Positions 8,201 through 17,642 of a stretch of 25,125 nt of DNA are shown here, piece after piece; the first letter of the stretch is position 1; each line of letters starts with the position of its first letter. A program made the position numbers and the translations under genes. Source of the DNA: a virus (Duplodnaviria > Caudoviricetes); the IMG/VR virus record IMGVR_UViG_3300032250_000200, positions 1 through 25,125 of that record, one strand, 5' to 3'. The notes under the pieces were generated by a model. The model made no database searches, was not told where the DNA came from, and worked only from the letters and a program-made list of their open reading frames with translations.

Positions 8201-11200
8201 CAGGTTGATCAACTAAAAAGATTCCCGCAACTGCCTGCTTCATTTATTGTTCAGGATACAGTTTATCGCATCAACTATGTTAGAGATTTTACCTACGGAA
8301 CCAGCGGCAGCACAGCTACATTTGTTCTAGATGAAGTTACCCCGTGGCCCTTTGATGTGTTTAGCTATGATCAAACTATCTGTAATAGAGATGTTGGATT
8401 AATTATCACTGGTCTGGGATATGATGTTGTACTTAATACCAATTATCATAGTAGACGAGCAGGACAGACTTATAGAGAAGCCAACGCCGAAGTGGTCATT
8501 GAAGATCAATTAGATTTAACTATCAGAGCCATTGACCGAGCACATGATCGTGCAACTGCCACTTTACGGGCAATTGCTGTATCATCAGAATTTGATCCTA
8601 GTCTTGCAGTGATATCTCAAAGCAAGATCAACTTGAGAAATATAATTAGACGCGGTACTACTGCGGCTCCATCACTAAGTATTACCAATCCAACAGGATT
8701 GGCCAGTAATATTGCTAATGCCAAAACACTATTAATTTCCAATACAGAATTTTTAAAACAGGTCGGAACTGGTTATCTTATCACTACCTATCCGGCACTA
8801 GCATCTTCTGCTCCGAGTGTTCAAAGAGACATTGAACATATTTTAGATAGTTTGATCTATGACTTAGTATATGGTGGTAATAGCGAAACTCGTAAGGCGG
8901 CCTATAACTATTTTAATGGAGTGGGAGAAGCGTTGGTTCTTCAACTGTTGGTAACTGAACCTCAGGCCCGTGAAAATGCTCTAACAGTGGTTAAAGATGC
9001 AGCCAAACAGGTTATTGTTCTTACTACCGTCACTCCAACTTATGGAGCCACAATAGGTCAAACTCTCGGAGTAGCTAGTGACAGTACAGTGGCCAGTAGT
9101 ATTGAAACTTTGATGTCTATTATCATTACCGCACTAAACACCTATCGAGTTACTGGAGGAACAGAAGCGGCAAAGTTAGCGGCAGCAGTAGCATCATTAC
9201 CTGCCGAAGTGTTGCCAAAATTGACTGCGGGCGGTGGTGGCTATGACTATGATACCAATAGGACAGGTGCTCGTGTTGCGCTTGAAGCTGCAAAAACTAC
9301 TATTCAGTCTAATGTGATAGAGTTTGTTAATAATAATGCCAATGTCTACGAGGTATTGATGCCTGGTAATCGAAGTATGTTGTCAAATGACTTCACACAA
9401 ATCAATGACATGGGATACGGATTGATTGCAGCCAACGGTGGTTTAACAGAGTGTGTAAGTATGTTTACCTACTACTGTTATACTTCTTATTATTCTATAA
9501 CTGGCGGTCAAATTCGAGGTGTTGGAGGATCAAGTGCTCACGGTGTTTACGCTCTTGCAGCAGAAGGTTCAGATCCATTAGAAGTACCAACTCCGGTAGA
9601 TTTGTACTATGATCTGGCGCAGGGTGCTGTAGTATACAACGACCTAGGTGCCTACGACAACGATGTTAACGGCTTTATTGTTTATGTTACTGACTATACC
9701 TATCCACCAAGAGACCAAAGTGAGATTGAAGTTGATCACGGCGGAGTTACAGGAATTGTAAGATATCCTGTTATTAGTGCTGTAACAGAAAGTGACTTTC
9801 CAGCTGACTCGACAGGCCAGCGACTTTATAGACTAAACTTAGACAGTGCCACAGACGGTCTTGTAGCTCAGGTCCCTAACGGTACTAGAGTTACACTAAG
9901 AACCAATAACGAGATTGTTCTCACAGGCGGTGTTGTTGGTGTTGCAGTCCGACCATCCACTGCTTTAAAAATCAACGAATTGTTTGACAGTCAACTATAT
10001 CGTGTTTTAGAATTTGCAGATTACTTCCCTCCAATTAATGAGGCAGTGGTCTGTACATTTATAACTGGCGTGGACACTCTTGTCCAGACTTCAATAGCTC
10101 ACGGACAACAGCCGGGATATGCAATTAGATTTTCTACCAGTGGTAGTTTGCCAACTGGAATCTCTGCAGGAGATACCTATTATCTTTTAGACGACGGATT
10201 CACTGCAACCACATTTAAAATTTCGGCTGCAAAGAATGGACAACCGTTAGAAACTACTACAGCAGGTGCAGGCGCTCATTTCTTTGAAGCTACGAAACTT
10301 GCGGCTACTGCACTGAAAGATGGCTACAACTATGCTGAAATTACCTTGTGGCCGAGACAAGAGTTTGTACCAGAGACAGCTCCTAGTAATCCGGGCGGCC
10401 CTAGATTAATTGTCGGCGCAACTGAGATAGTTAGCGGTTACAGTTATTATATTGTAACTGTAGGGACTACTGTTTGGACTTCAATCGGTGCTGCTGCAAA
10501 TACTGTTGGTACTGTGTTTACTGCTACTGGTTCTGCTTCAGGAACAGGTATTGCTGTGGTCAACAGTGCCCGTTGTACATTTAATCACACCGCTGATACT
10601 ATTCTAAAATCATCGCATGGTTTTAACAACGGTGATATTATTCGATTCGAAACTAGCGGCATTATGCCTTCGGGTGTTTTCACTAGTAGGCAATACACCG
10701 TTGCCAACCGAACAGCCAACGATTTTCAAATTATCAGTTATGCTGGCGGTCCAGTTATTGAATTTAGCGATAACGGAACAGGAATATTTGCTATTGGCAA
10801 GGTGCTAGGCAGAGTTGGCGACAATACTCTGTCTGTTGTGGAATTGGGGCCTGTTGATGCGGCTCGAATTGTTGGCACTAAGTTAACATTCAAAGGAAGA
10901 GATTACAGTATTGTACAATATGACGATGCAGACATCACTGGCGAATCGTATGGTCAGATTTATCTTAACACTCCATTAGAAGATAGTGCAATTGTATATG
11001 ATAGTCCAATAACCTTGTTTGCTGGTGTTGCTGCAAGAACCGAAGACAGTCAAGGTACACTGACTATTCGTATTTCATTGACTCGTGTTACTGGTCATGA
11101 TCTGTTAGAAATTGGTACTGGTAGCTATGCTGACACAAACTATCCGAACGAAATTTATGGTAGCCCGGTACGCATTGCCACAGAAACACTGTTAGATACT

Positions 11201-14200
11201 ACAGGTGAAGTCGAATATAGTCAGGTGGTAGAAAGAGGTGAAGGTCGCTGCTTCTTTGTGACCACTGACCAGTTTGGTAATTTCTCCGTTGGTCCATTCT
11301 TTAGAGTTGACCAAGGTACTGGTACTGTTACATTCTCAGCCAGTTTGGCATTGAGTAACTTGAGTGGTCTAGGATTCAAGCGTGGTGTTCCAATCTCAGA
11401 ATTCTCCACTGATACAACATTCAGTGATAATGCCACAGACACTGTGCCAACAGAAAATGCAACTCGTGGTTACCTAGATCGTAGACTAGGTGTAAGTCAT
11501 GGTGGAGACTCAATTGATCCTGGAAGATTAATCCCCCCAACCGTTGGCGGTTATATGGCCCTATCAGGTCAGTTGGCCATGAAGGGGACTATGAACATGG
11601 ACAATTACAGAATTAGAAATGTAGCTGATCCTGTTGATCCCCAGGACGGAGTTAACTTACGAAGCATTAGCTTTGATGCTATTATTGCCAACAGCTTCCC
11701 AGGTCAGGCAGTAGATGCAGGATACACCATTGCATTCACTGGTACAGGCAACGAAGGCCGTGCTGTAAAAATTGCAGGTGACTTAACCGTACCGGGCGAT
11801 AATGCAATTACAACTGGTATCGATTCTACTGCCAACGAATATAACATCTATATTAAACCAGACATTATCGATAACGACAATATCAATAGTGCAGCAGCTA
11901 TTGCACAAAGCAAATTGTCAATGGTCACTGCAACCGCTAGAGCAAGTGCTGCTGGTATTACACAGGCTGATAGAGGACTGGCAAGTTTTAACAGTGCTGA
12001 ATTTACACTAACTAATGGTTGGACTGAATTAAAGACTAACGGTATTGAACTAGGCAAGTTTGCGCAAATTGCCACTGATACTGTGCTAGGTCGTAGTGCA
12101 GCCGGTACAGGAGATGTCAGTGCTGTGGCATTTAGTACTGTAGTTGATGAAGGTGGCGCAATCAAGAAGAGCCAATATAGCAGTCAAGGTTTCTTACGCA
12201 GGACCGGTGCAACTACCAGCAGTCAAGACAGCGACTACGGTATTGTTGAAGCAGTCAGTGCCTATGCTGGATTTACCGATGTAACTGCCAATAACCGATT
12301 GGTTATCAGAGACGGCAACGGCGATATTGGTGTTAGAGACTCATATGCATCAAGAGCATTTTATGTAGGAACCAGTGCTAGTGTTAATAAGAAACTGGCT
12401 GACACTGCGGTAACTGCTACAGGTGGATCTATTAACTTGTATGGCTTCAATGGAGTACTAGGTGTCAGTATTGGAGACGGAAGTTTAACTAGTGATAAAG
12501 TTTCTAGTTATAGAAACAACAGTCACAGATTCCGTTTAAATGACGACAGTGCATTTGCTCCGATACAGGTTAGTTCAATAATCACTCCTGATGTAACAAC
12601 TGGTGGCGCAAGTACCGCGGGCACATTGACTGGTAATTGGTCAATGAATACCACCAGTAACCTAACCCTGGGTACCGGTACAATTAACGCCAGCGCAGGA
12701 ACCTTGCAGTCTACAACACTTACAACTGGTGCAGTAGGCACAGCTGGTACACTAACCGGCGCTTGGAGTTTAAACACCACAAGTAAAATTATTGGACAAA
12801 CTGGCAGTGAAATTGATTTTAGTACTGGTACTATTAAGTCAAGAACATTTACCACAGGCGCAAACATTACCACAGGTAACCTAACTGGTAACTGGAGCCT
12901 AACTTCGTCTAGTAAGATTGATTTTAGTCTTGGCACACTACAGTCAACAACGTTGACTACAGGTGCAACAGGCACAGCTGGTGTTATTACTGGACAATGG
13001 AGTGTTGCTGTAGGGTCAAGCATTAATACAGGCGGTACTACTCTTACCACAAGAGCAATTACTACAGGAGCCGCAGCAACTACAGGTACTATAGAAGGTG
13101 ACTGGAGCATGTTGACCACAAGTAACATTACTTGGGGTACTGGCTATTTGGACATGCGTCCGGGTACATTCTATACAGATACAATTACTACTGGAGCAGA
13201 GGGAACTGCGGGTGTTATCACTGGTAATTGGAGTATGGCCGGTGCAAGTAACCTAACCCTAGGAACTGGTAGTATTGATGCAAGAACTGGTACATTGTAT
13301 ACAGATACACTGAACACTGGTGCTAGCGGAACTGGTGGTATTGTTACTGGAGCATGGACCGTTGCTGGCGGCAGTACATTTGTTGCCACAACAATTCAAA
13401 GCCAAGCAAACTCTGCAACAACTACAGCAACAACTGCCAACACTGGCGGAACAATTGTTTTGAGAGATGCAGGTACTGGAAACTTTAGTGCAGGCACAAT
13501 TACCGCAGCGTTAAGTGGAAATGCAACTACTGCAACAACATGGCAGACTAGTAGAACAATTACCCTAACTGGTGATGTAACTGGAACAGTAAGCGGCGTT
13601 GATGGCAGCGGCAACATATCCATTTCTACAACAATCAGTGCCGATGCTACAGTACTCGGTACAGACACAACTGGTCAATATGCAACCACTGTAGCAGTTA
13701 GCGGAACCGGACTAAGTTGCACTAGTCCTAACGCCGCAGACGGTACAGCCTATACTATTACAAGTAATGCAACTAGTCTAAATACACTCGGCGCAATTGT
13801 TGCTCGTGACGGAAGTGGTAACTTTACTGCTGGTACAATCACTGCTACATTGAACGGAAGTTCAAGTAGTTGTTCAGGCAATGCTGCAACTGTTACCAAC
13901 GGTGTGGTCACTACCGGTAGCTACAGTGACCCATCATGGTTAACATTAAGCAAAGGTAAGGTTGGTCTAGGTAACGTTGATAATACAGCTGATGCTAACA
14001 AATCAGTTAACTATGCTAACTCAGCAGGCAGTATTACTAGTCAAGCTAACTCGGCAACGATTACAGCAACTAGCGCAAATACTGGTAACACAATTGTTCT
14101 GCGTAACGGCGACGGTGATTTCAGTGCAAGAATTATGACTGGTACTGCTACAGCGGCACGCTACGCTGACTTGGCAGAAAGATACGAATCAGACAAAGAA

Positions 14201-14548
14201 TATCCAGTTGGTACTGTTGTTGTGTTCGGGGGCGACAAAGAAATTACAACAACTAATACAAAGATGGATACTGCGGTTGCAGGTGTTATTTCTGCCAATC
14301 CTGCGTTTAGAATGAATTGTGAAGCAGGTGAAGATAGCACACATCCGTATGTTGCACTGGCTGGTCGTGTTCCTTGTCGAGTAGCTGGTAAGATCAAGAA
14401 AGGTAACATACTAGTTACCAGCGGAATTCCAGGAGTAGCGGTTGCTGCTGTTGGCGACATTAAGGTAGGATCTATGATAGGAAAAGCACTTGAGGACTAT
14501 GACTCAGATCACATAGGCACAATTGAAGTAGCTGTAGGGAGAGCATAA
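5216..14548 (+). CDS. giant virion structural protein (tail fibre/tailspike-like, 3110 aa) with C-terminal chaperone-like domain
   Basis: N-terminal GNDGTGDSIRDSFRKVNENFRELY (T4 gp9/gp10-like); beta-helix-type motifs (LYVATSGSD, YRTIEAAL, GIYYENLPL..LIGDEFRRTIIRP); CKRDVG helical repeats; HGF..G modules; Thr/Gly fibre repeats; C-terminal YADLAERY..VALAGRVPC. Confidence 0.85.
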   Translation: MARKVIDTGIVGNDGTGDSIRDSFRKVNENFRELYGALGLGSRLKFSTLEDAPVGGEGEDYYRGYENAVVAVNPNESGLIFKQFTAGTGISLNFSNENQIVITNTRSSVANDPFPSLGGNLQAQSGGVQRRIQSLTTPVSSDEAANKGYADTKIALGGVNAPDPGAGNIPNSAFGTMTGPLILSRNPEPEDDVTYGGLIAATKNYVDNAGFASVANLYVATSGSDERVGVGANTQGRALAFAYRTIEAALKKAEEIIKSAPPEIGPYRKVLTWTNPDSGAINNCSLTDIAVSPDNGVGFAGRVTLTIDTIRLVTGGYNFKVNEILRINKVGGAAIDAATVRILTVNSEPGTPNGPILTFQLLTGGKFDLGLPETNVGGNIVVGVANGSEFGTSAEFAVTYKVSTAIITAGGTGYSLVSVRVTPDVMDTGATAGFGFADIVSGSVAGITITDQGRNFTEFPDLIVTLPRFEIYTGGQRTDFTGDVTTDSAVARRGRDIREGLYLLGETSGALAQILSHQGELDTNGNELFDVDIKYGTFVKGESISYGDVANTRQVAVFVETGIYYENLPLKVSQNVALIGDEFRRTIIRPKKGMSSSPWAFQYFKRDRVIDGLNTARNDLNAAREDTFGYHYLGNASEPVYPEASINNKGFYRSAADLLSLNKQFIQEEVIAWINKQIAEEVAPFVDFEYNSDICKRDVGLLIDAMVFDLRYGSAPRTISAALKYKDANNASAQLAITTQLTQTIAAIRRLETVAQAVIRNIEIVNSEYNAPITGTLITYVEPQVIDTAYTAETGAGGTPVTVSAVTRGNQTTITTSAEHGFDSGEIVTFRGMTGLTELNGNSYWITVANPTQFNIFTNSARTANVVSTSFGAYTASSGDCVPNGGVIGRLTDVIVDIIDTSSESFNTPLDNDQMDVFLMNDATILRAATIQGAGGFALVLDPEGQILAKSPYAQEGAVFSKSTGRHTFSGGMFVDGFAGNIKFRITNKISTTRLQVDQLKRFPQLPASFIVQDTVYRINYVRDFTYGTSGSTATFVLDEVTPWPFDVFSYDQTICNRDVGLIITGLGYDVVLNTNYHSRRAGQTYREANAEVVIEDQLDLTIRAIDRAHDRATATLRAIAVSSEFDPSLAVISQSKINLRNIIRRGTTAAPSLSITNPTGLASNIANAKTLLISNTEFLKQVGTGYLITTYPALASSAPSVQRDIEHILDSLIYDLVYGGNSETRKAAYNYFNGVGEALVLQLLVTEPQARENALTVVKDAAKQVIVLTTVTPTYGATIGQTLGVASDSTVASSIETLMSIIITALNTYRVTGGTEAAKLAAAVASLPAEVLPKLTAGGGGYDYDTNRTGARVALEAAKTTIQSNVIEFVNNNANVYEVLMPGNRSMLSNDFTQINDMGYGLIAANGGLTECVSMFTYYCYTSYYSITGGQIRGVGGSSAHGVYALAAEGSDPLEVPTPVDLYYDLAQGAVVYNDLGAYDNDVNGFIVYVTDYTYPPRDQSEIEVDHGGVTGIVRYPVISAVTESDFPADSTGQRLYRLNLDSATDGLVAQVPNGTRVTLRTNNEIVLTGGVVGVAVRPSTALKINELFDSQLYRVLEFADYFPPINEAVVCTFITGVDTLVQTSIAHGQQPGYAIRFSTSGSLPTGISAGDTYYLLDDGFTATTFKISAAKNGQPLETTTAGAGAHFFEATKLAATALKDGYNYAEITLWPRQEFVPETAPSNPGGPRLIVGATEIVSGYSYYIVTVGTTVWTSIGAAANTVGTVFTATGSASGTGIAVVNSARCTFNHTADTILKSSHGFNNGDIIRFETSGIMPSGVFTSRQYTVANRTANDFQIISYAGGPVIEFSDNGTGIFAIGKVLGRVGDNTLSVVELGPVDAARIVGTKLTFKGRDYSIVQYDDADITGESYGQIYLNTPLEDSAIVYDSPITLFAGVAARTEDSQGTLTIRISLTRVTGHDLLEIGTGSYADTNYPNEIYGSPVRIATETLLDTTGEVEYSQVVERGEGRCFFVTTDQFGNFSVGPFFRVDQGTGTVTFSASLALSNLSGLGFKRGVPISEFSTDTTFSDNATDTVPTENATRGYLDRRLGVSHGGDSIDPGRLIPPTVGGYMALSGQLAMKGTMNMDNYRIRNVADPVDPQDGVNLRSISFDAIIANSFPGQAVDAGYTIAFTGTGNEGRAVKIAGDLTVPGDNAITTGIDSTANEYNIYIKPDIIDNDNINSAAAIAQSKLSMVTATARASAAGITQADRGLASFNSAEFTLTNGWTELKTNGIELGKFAQIATDTVLGRSAAGTGDVSAVAFSTVVDEGGAIKKSQYSSQGFLRRTGATTSSQDSDYGIVEAVSAYAGFTDVTANNRLVIRDGNGDIGVRDSYASRAFYVGTSASVNKKLADTAVTATGGSINLYGFNGVLGVSIGDGSLTSDKVSSYRNNSHRFRLNDDSAFAPIQVSSIITPDVTTGGASTAGTLTGNWSMNTTSNLTLGTGTINASAGTLQSTTLTTGAVGTAGTLTGAWSLNTTSKIIGQTGSEIDFSTGTIKSRTFTTGANITTGNLTGNWSLTSSSKIDFSLGTLQSTTLTTGATGTAGVITGQWSVAVGSSINTGGTTLTTRAITTGAAATTGTIEGDWSMLTTSNITWGTGYLDMRPGTFYTDTITTGAEGTAGVITGNWSMAGASNLTLGTGSIDARTGTLYTDTLNTGASGTGGIVTGAWTVAGGSTFVATTIQSQANSATTTATTANTGGTIVLRDAGTGNFSAGTITAALSGNATTATTWQTSRTITLTGDVTGTVSGVDGSGNISISTTISADATVLGTDTTGQYATTVAVSGTGLSCTSPNAADGTAYTITSNATSLNTLGAIVARDGSGNFTAGTITATLNGSSSSCSGNAATVTNGVVTTGSYSDPSWLTLSKGKVGLGNVDNTADANKSVNYANSAGSITSQANSATITATSANTGNTIVLRNGDGDFSARIMTGTATAARYADLAERYESDKEYPVGTVVVFGGDKEITTTNTKMDTAVAGVISANPAFRMNCEAGEDSTHPYVALAGRVPCRVAGKIKKGNILVTSGIPGVAVAAVGDIKVGSMIGKALEDYDSDHIGTIEVAVGRA
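12590..13375 (+). repeat. seven imperfect 35-43 aa coding repeats (TTGA..TAG.(L/I)TG.WS)
   Basis: Trp-anchored units GNWS, GAWS, GNWS, GQWS, GDWS, GNWS, GAWT in the translation; DNA diverged. Confidence 0.85.
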
Positions 14549-16239
14549 TGTCTAGACAGTCAATTACACCCGGAAAGGCTCCTATTGTATGGAGCACAGT
14601 AGAAGAAGCGTTTACCAAAATAAACGCAAACTTCACAGAGCTCTATGCCAGCATAGGTGAAACAGGTAGTATAGGATTTGATAGATTAGAAGCAAATCTA
14701 ATACCTGCTGACAACGACACTTACGATCTAGGCTCTCCAAATAAAAGATGGGCTAATTTGTATCTCAATGACACGCTGATGATCGGCGGTGCTGCTATTA
14801 CCAGTGAGGGATTAACTGTTAATTTACCAAGTGGAACTAGAGTTGGTGGAGATTTGATCATTGACCCCAATAAAAGTTTTTTCAAAGAAGTTACAGTAGA
14901 CAACGAAACTTATATTGTTGCCAACGACTTCAACGACAACATAAATCTCCAAAGCGGAATAGGTGTTAGGATTACAGCTAACTCAAGCTCGGACACTGTT
15001 ATTTTTGACAATATTGGTGTTACCAGTCTTGTTGCAGGAACAGCAATGACCGTTAGTGCAGCTACTGGTGCCGTTACAATTAATAACACAGGAGTTACTG
15101 CAATTACAGCTGGACTGGGTATGAGTAGAAATACTGCCACAGGTGCAGTGACCATTGTCAATGAAGGTATCGTCGATGTCGATGCAGGAGTTGGAATTAG
15201 TGTTGGTGCTAGAGACCCAGTGACTGGCAAGGTTATTGTTACAAATACTGCACCGGCAGGCAACAGTTATCGTATATTTGCCACAGCAGGCGAACCAAAT
15301 TTGACTGCTCGAAGTACAGCTGACACATTAACACTGATCGAAGGTGCTGGTATAAACATTACCAACACTATCGCTAGCGGTGCATTTACAAATAGAATAA
15401 CACTAGACAATACAGGTGTACTAAGTTTAACAGGCGGAAATGGTCTAACCTTAAGCGGTAGTACAGGAAACATCACAATCAGTTTAGGCCGAGGAGATCT
15501 AATTGGTAGTGTATTTGCTGACGACTCTACTGTATTAGTTGATGGTGTTAACGGATACATTTATGGTAATGTTAGTGCAACAACGTTGAGAACACTGGAA
15601 TCTAAAATTGCACTAGGTCAAGGTGCAGGAGGCGACGGACTTCAGGGTTTAGAATCTATTGCTATCGGACTGTCAGCAGGTGGATATACTCAAGGCAATT
15701 ACGCAGTTGCAATTGGTTCCGGTGCTGGTAACATCGGGCAAGGAAATCGTGCTATTGCTATCGGAGCTACCGCAGGTGCAGATCAAGGCGATTACGCTAT
15801 TTCTATAGGAAACAATGCAGGGTATCCGTCGGCTGTTTCAGAATCCATTGCAATTAACGCATCCGGATTTACATTAGATGCACCGGCGGCTGGTTTGTAC
15901 ATTAACCCTATTAGAAATCAAACTAGTACAGGAAATGTATTAACTTACAATACTACAACAAAAGAAATAGTATATTCTACAGGGTTTGCTGGCGATGTAA
16001 CTGGCAGTGTGTTCTCAGACAACTCAACAAGGCTGATAGACGGTACCGAGGGAAAAATAGTCGGACCGATTGATTCCAGTACTGTTAAAGCCAGCAGCTA
16101 TATTCAAACTGGTGTATATGTGAACCTTGCAGCCATTGCTTCAGCATTACCAACTCCAAGCAAAGGCATGATAGTATTTGACGATGACACAAACCAGTTT
16201 AGAGGCTACGATGGCTCTAGTTGGGTAGCATTAAATTAA
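14548..16239 (+). CDS. virion fibre protein with YadA-head-like repeats
   Basis: N-terminal EEAFTKINANFTELY; YDLGSPNKRW; GVT..AG.G...TG.VTI repeats; (S/A)IAIG..AG repeats; TAATG coupling to the upstream gene. Confidence 0.8.
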   Translation: MSRQSITPGKAPIVWSTVEEAFTKINANFTELYASIGETGSIGFDRLEANLIPADNDTYDLGSPNKRWANLYLNDTLMIGGAAITSEGLTVNLPSGTRVGGDLIIDPNKSFFKEVTVDNETYIVANDFNDNINLQSGIGVRITANSSSDTVIFDNIGVTSLVAGTAMTVSAATGAVTINNTGVTAITAGLGMSRNTATGAVTIVNEGIVDVDAGVGISVGARDPVTGKVIVTNTAPAGNSYRIFATAGEPNLTARSTADTLTLIEGAGINITNTIASGAFTNRITLDNTGVLSLTGGNGLTLSGSTGNITISLGRGDLIGSVFADDSTVLVDGVNGYIYGNVSATTLRTLESKIALGQGAGGDGLQGLESIAIGLSAGGYTQGNYAVAIGSGAGNIGQGNRAIAIGATAGADQGDYAISIGNNAGYPSAVSESIAINASGFTLDAPAAGLYINPIRNQTSTGNVLTYNTTTKEIVYSTGFAGDVTGSVFSDNSTRLIDGTEGKIVGPIDSSTVKASSYIQTGVYVNLAAIASALPTPSKGMIVFDDDTNQFRGYDGSSWVALN

Positions 16240-16250
16240 TGGAGCAATAG

Positions 16251-17615
16251 ATGGCTAAAAGAATAATTAGAACTGGCACAACTGCTGACCCAACCGGTGA
16301 CAGCCTTAAGAATGCCTTTACCAAGGTAAACGACAACTTCACTGAACTGTACAATGCATTGGGCTTAGATGAAGGTGGACGGAATCTTGATGCGTTTGAA
16401 TTCACTGGTAGTGTGATCTCTACCACAGACAGTTCAGACATTGTTATTGATCAGGCTACCACCATAACCAGCAACCTGTCAGTGGGTGGAGACATTCTGC
16501 CACAGACTGCCAACGGTGGGGATCTAGGTTCAAGCACACTGCCTTGGCGCAGCCTCTATGTCAGCAACAACACAATTTATATTGGTGGTGTTCCTATAGG
16601 ACTAGATGCCAATGGTAACTTAACAGTTAATGGCGGTCAAGTAAATACTCCGGGCAGTACATTAGTCAGCGGTGCAAAAACTGTGAGTCTTGGATCAGAT
16701 GGATTGTTAAATGTTGCAGGCCCTGTTACACTACCAAATACTGGCGAACTGCGTCCAAGTACCACAGCCTATGATGCAGCATTGGCTGGTTGGGAATTTA
16801 TTCGTGGCGGGGAGATTCAATTTTATATTGACAACAATCTTGTAACAGCTGAAGGGTGGCCAATGATCAACTGGCATCCAACTGGAGTAACTGCTCAAAG
16901 CTATCTTGACTTCTTGCTCAATGCATGGACCATACAAAATACTGGCGGCACATTGATAATTACTCCGCCGTTATCATCGGCATTTTATCAGCAGCTGAGA
17001 GCTTCATTGAATCTTATTAAAAATACCTATAGCAGCATTGGATCCGGTGTTTCTATAGCTGCTGGTTATAATAAATCTTGGCATTTTAATAATGAGGGTG
17101 ATCTAACCATACCTGGTGATATCAAGAGCCAAGGCAACATCAACATCGAAATTAATCTTGGAGACTCAACCAAACGCATTTGGCAGTTTGGTGAAGATGG
17201 TGAACTAACATTCCCAGACTCTACTGTACAGTCTACAGCGTTTACCGGTAATGCTACGGCTTTGGTAAATGGATCTTATTCTATAAGTGCTGCCTACAAC
17301 GGCATTGATATCAAAGCGCCTCTTACCTGGAAAGAATTCGATACTGATAGAGTAGTATTAAATTACAATGGTACAGAAAATGGATTTGTAATTGGTACCA
17401 ATGTGACAGGTGTAACACAAGCGTGGTTCTTCTACAACAACGGTAGAACTAAATTTCCAACTGCCACAGCACCTGCTCACAGTTATGGAGCAGCCGGAGA
17501 TGTTGCCGGTATGGTGGCGTTTGACGGTTCGTACATTTACTATTGCACCGCAAACTATGTAAACAATTCAACGAACATCTGGAAGCGTGTGGCATTAGAT
17601 GCTACACCTTGGTAA
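16251..17615 (+). CDS. modular virion fibre/appendage protein
   Basis: N-terminal TGDSLKNAFTKVNDNFTELY; DLGSSTLPWRSLY; W.F...G.LT.P repeats; C-terminal GDVAG..AFD..YIYYC...WKR; SD GGAG. Confidence 0.8.
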   Translation: MAKRIIRTGTTADPTGDSLKNAFTKVNDNFTELYNALGLDEGGRNLDAFEFTGSVISTTDSSDIVIDQATTITSNLSVGGDILPQTANGGDLGSSTLPWRSLYVSNNTIYIGGVPIGLDANGNLTVNGGQVNTPGSTLVSGAKTVSLGSDGLLNVAGPVTLPNTGELRPSTTAYDAALAGWEFIRGGEIQFYIDNNLVTAEGWPMINWHPTGVTAQSYLDFLLNAWTIQNTGGTLIITPPLSSAFYQQLRASLNLIKNTYSSIGSGVSIAAGYNKSWHFNNEGDLTIPGDIKSQGNINIEINLGDSTKRIWQFGEDGELTFPDSTVQSTAFTGNATALVNGSYSISAAYNGIDIKAPLTWKEFDTDRVVLNYNGTENGFVIGTNVTGVTQAWFFYNNGRTKFPTATAPAHSYGAAGDVAGMVAFDGSYIYYCTANYVNNSTNIWKRVALDATPW

Positions 17616-17618
17616 CGG

Positions 17619-17624
17619 TAAATA
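17619..17624 (+). promoter_or_regulatory. TAAATA putative late promoter
   Basis: TAAATA in the 27-bp gap before ATG 17643. Confidence 0.55.
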
Positions 17625-17642
17625 TACTAAAGAGAGCGGATT

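Noticed and set aside
12590-17615. Diversity-generating retroelement or invertible shufflon acting on fibre genes
   Set aside because: No reverse transcriptase or recombinase in the window; the repeats I compared diverge at all bases rather than only adenines; no inverted cassettes seen. A distant template cannot be excluded.
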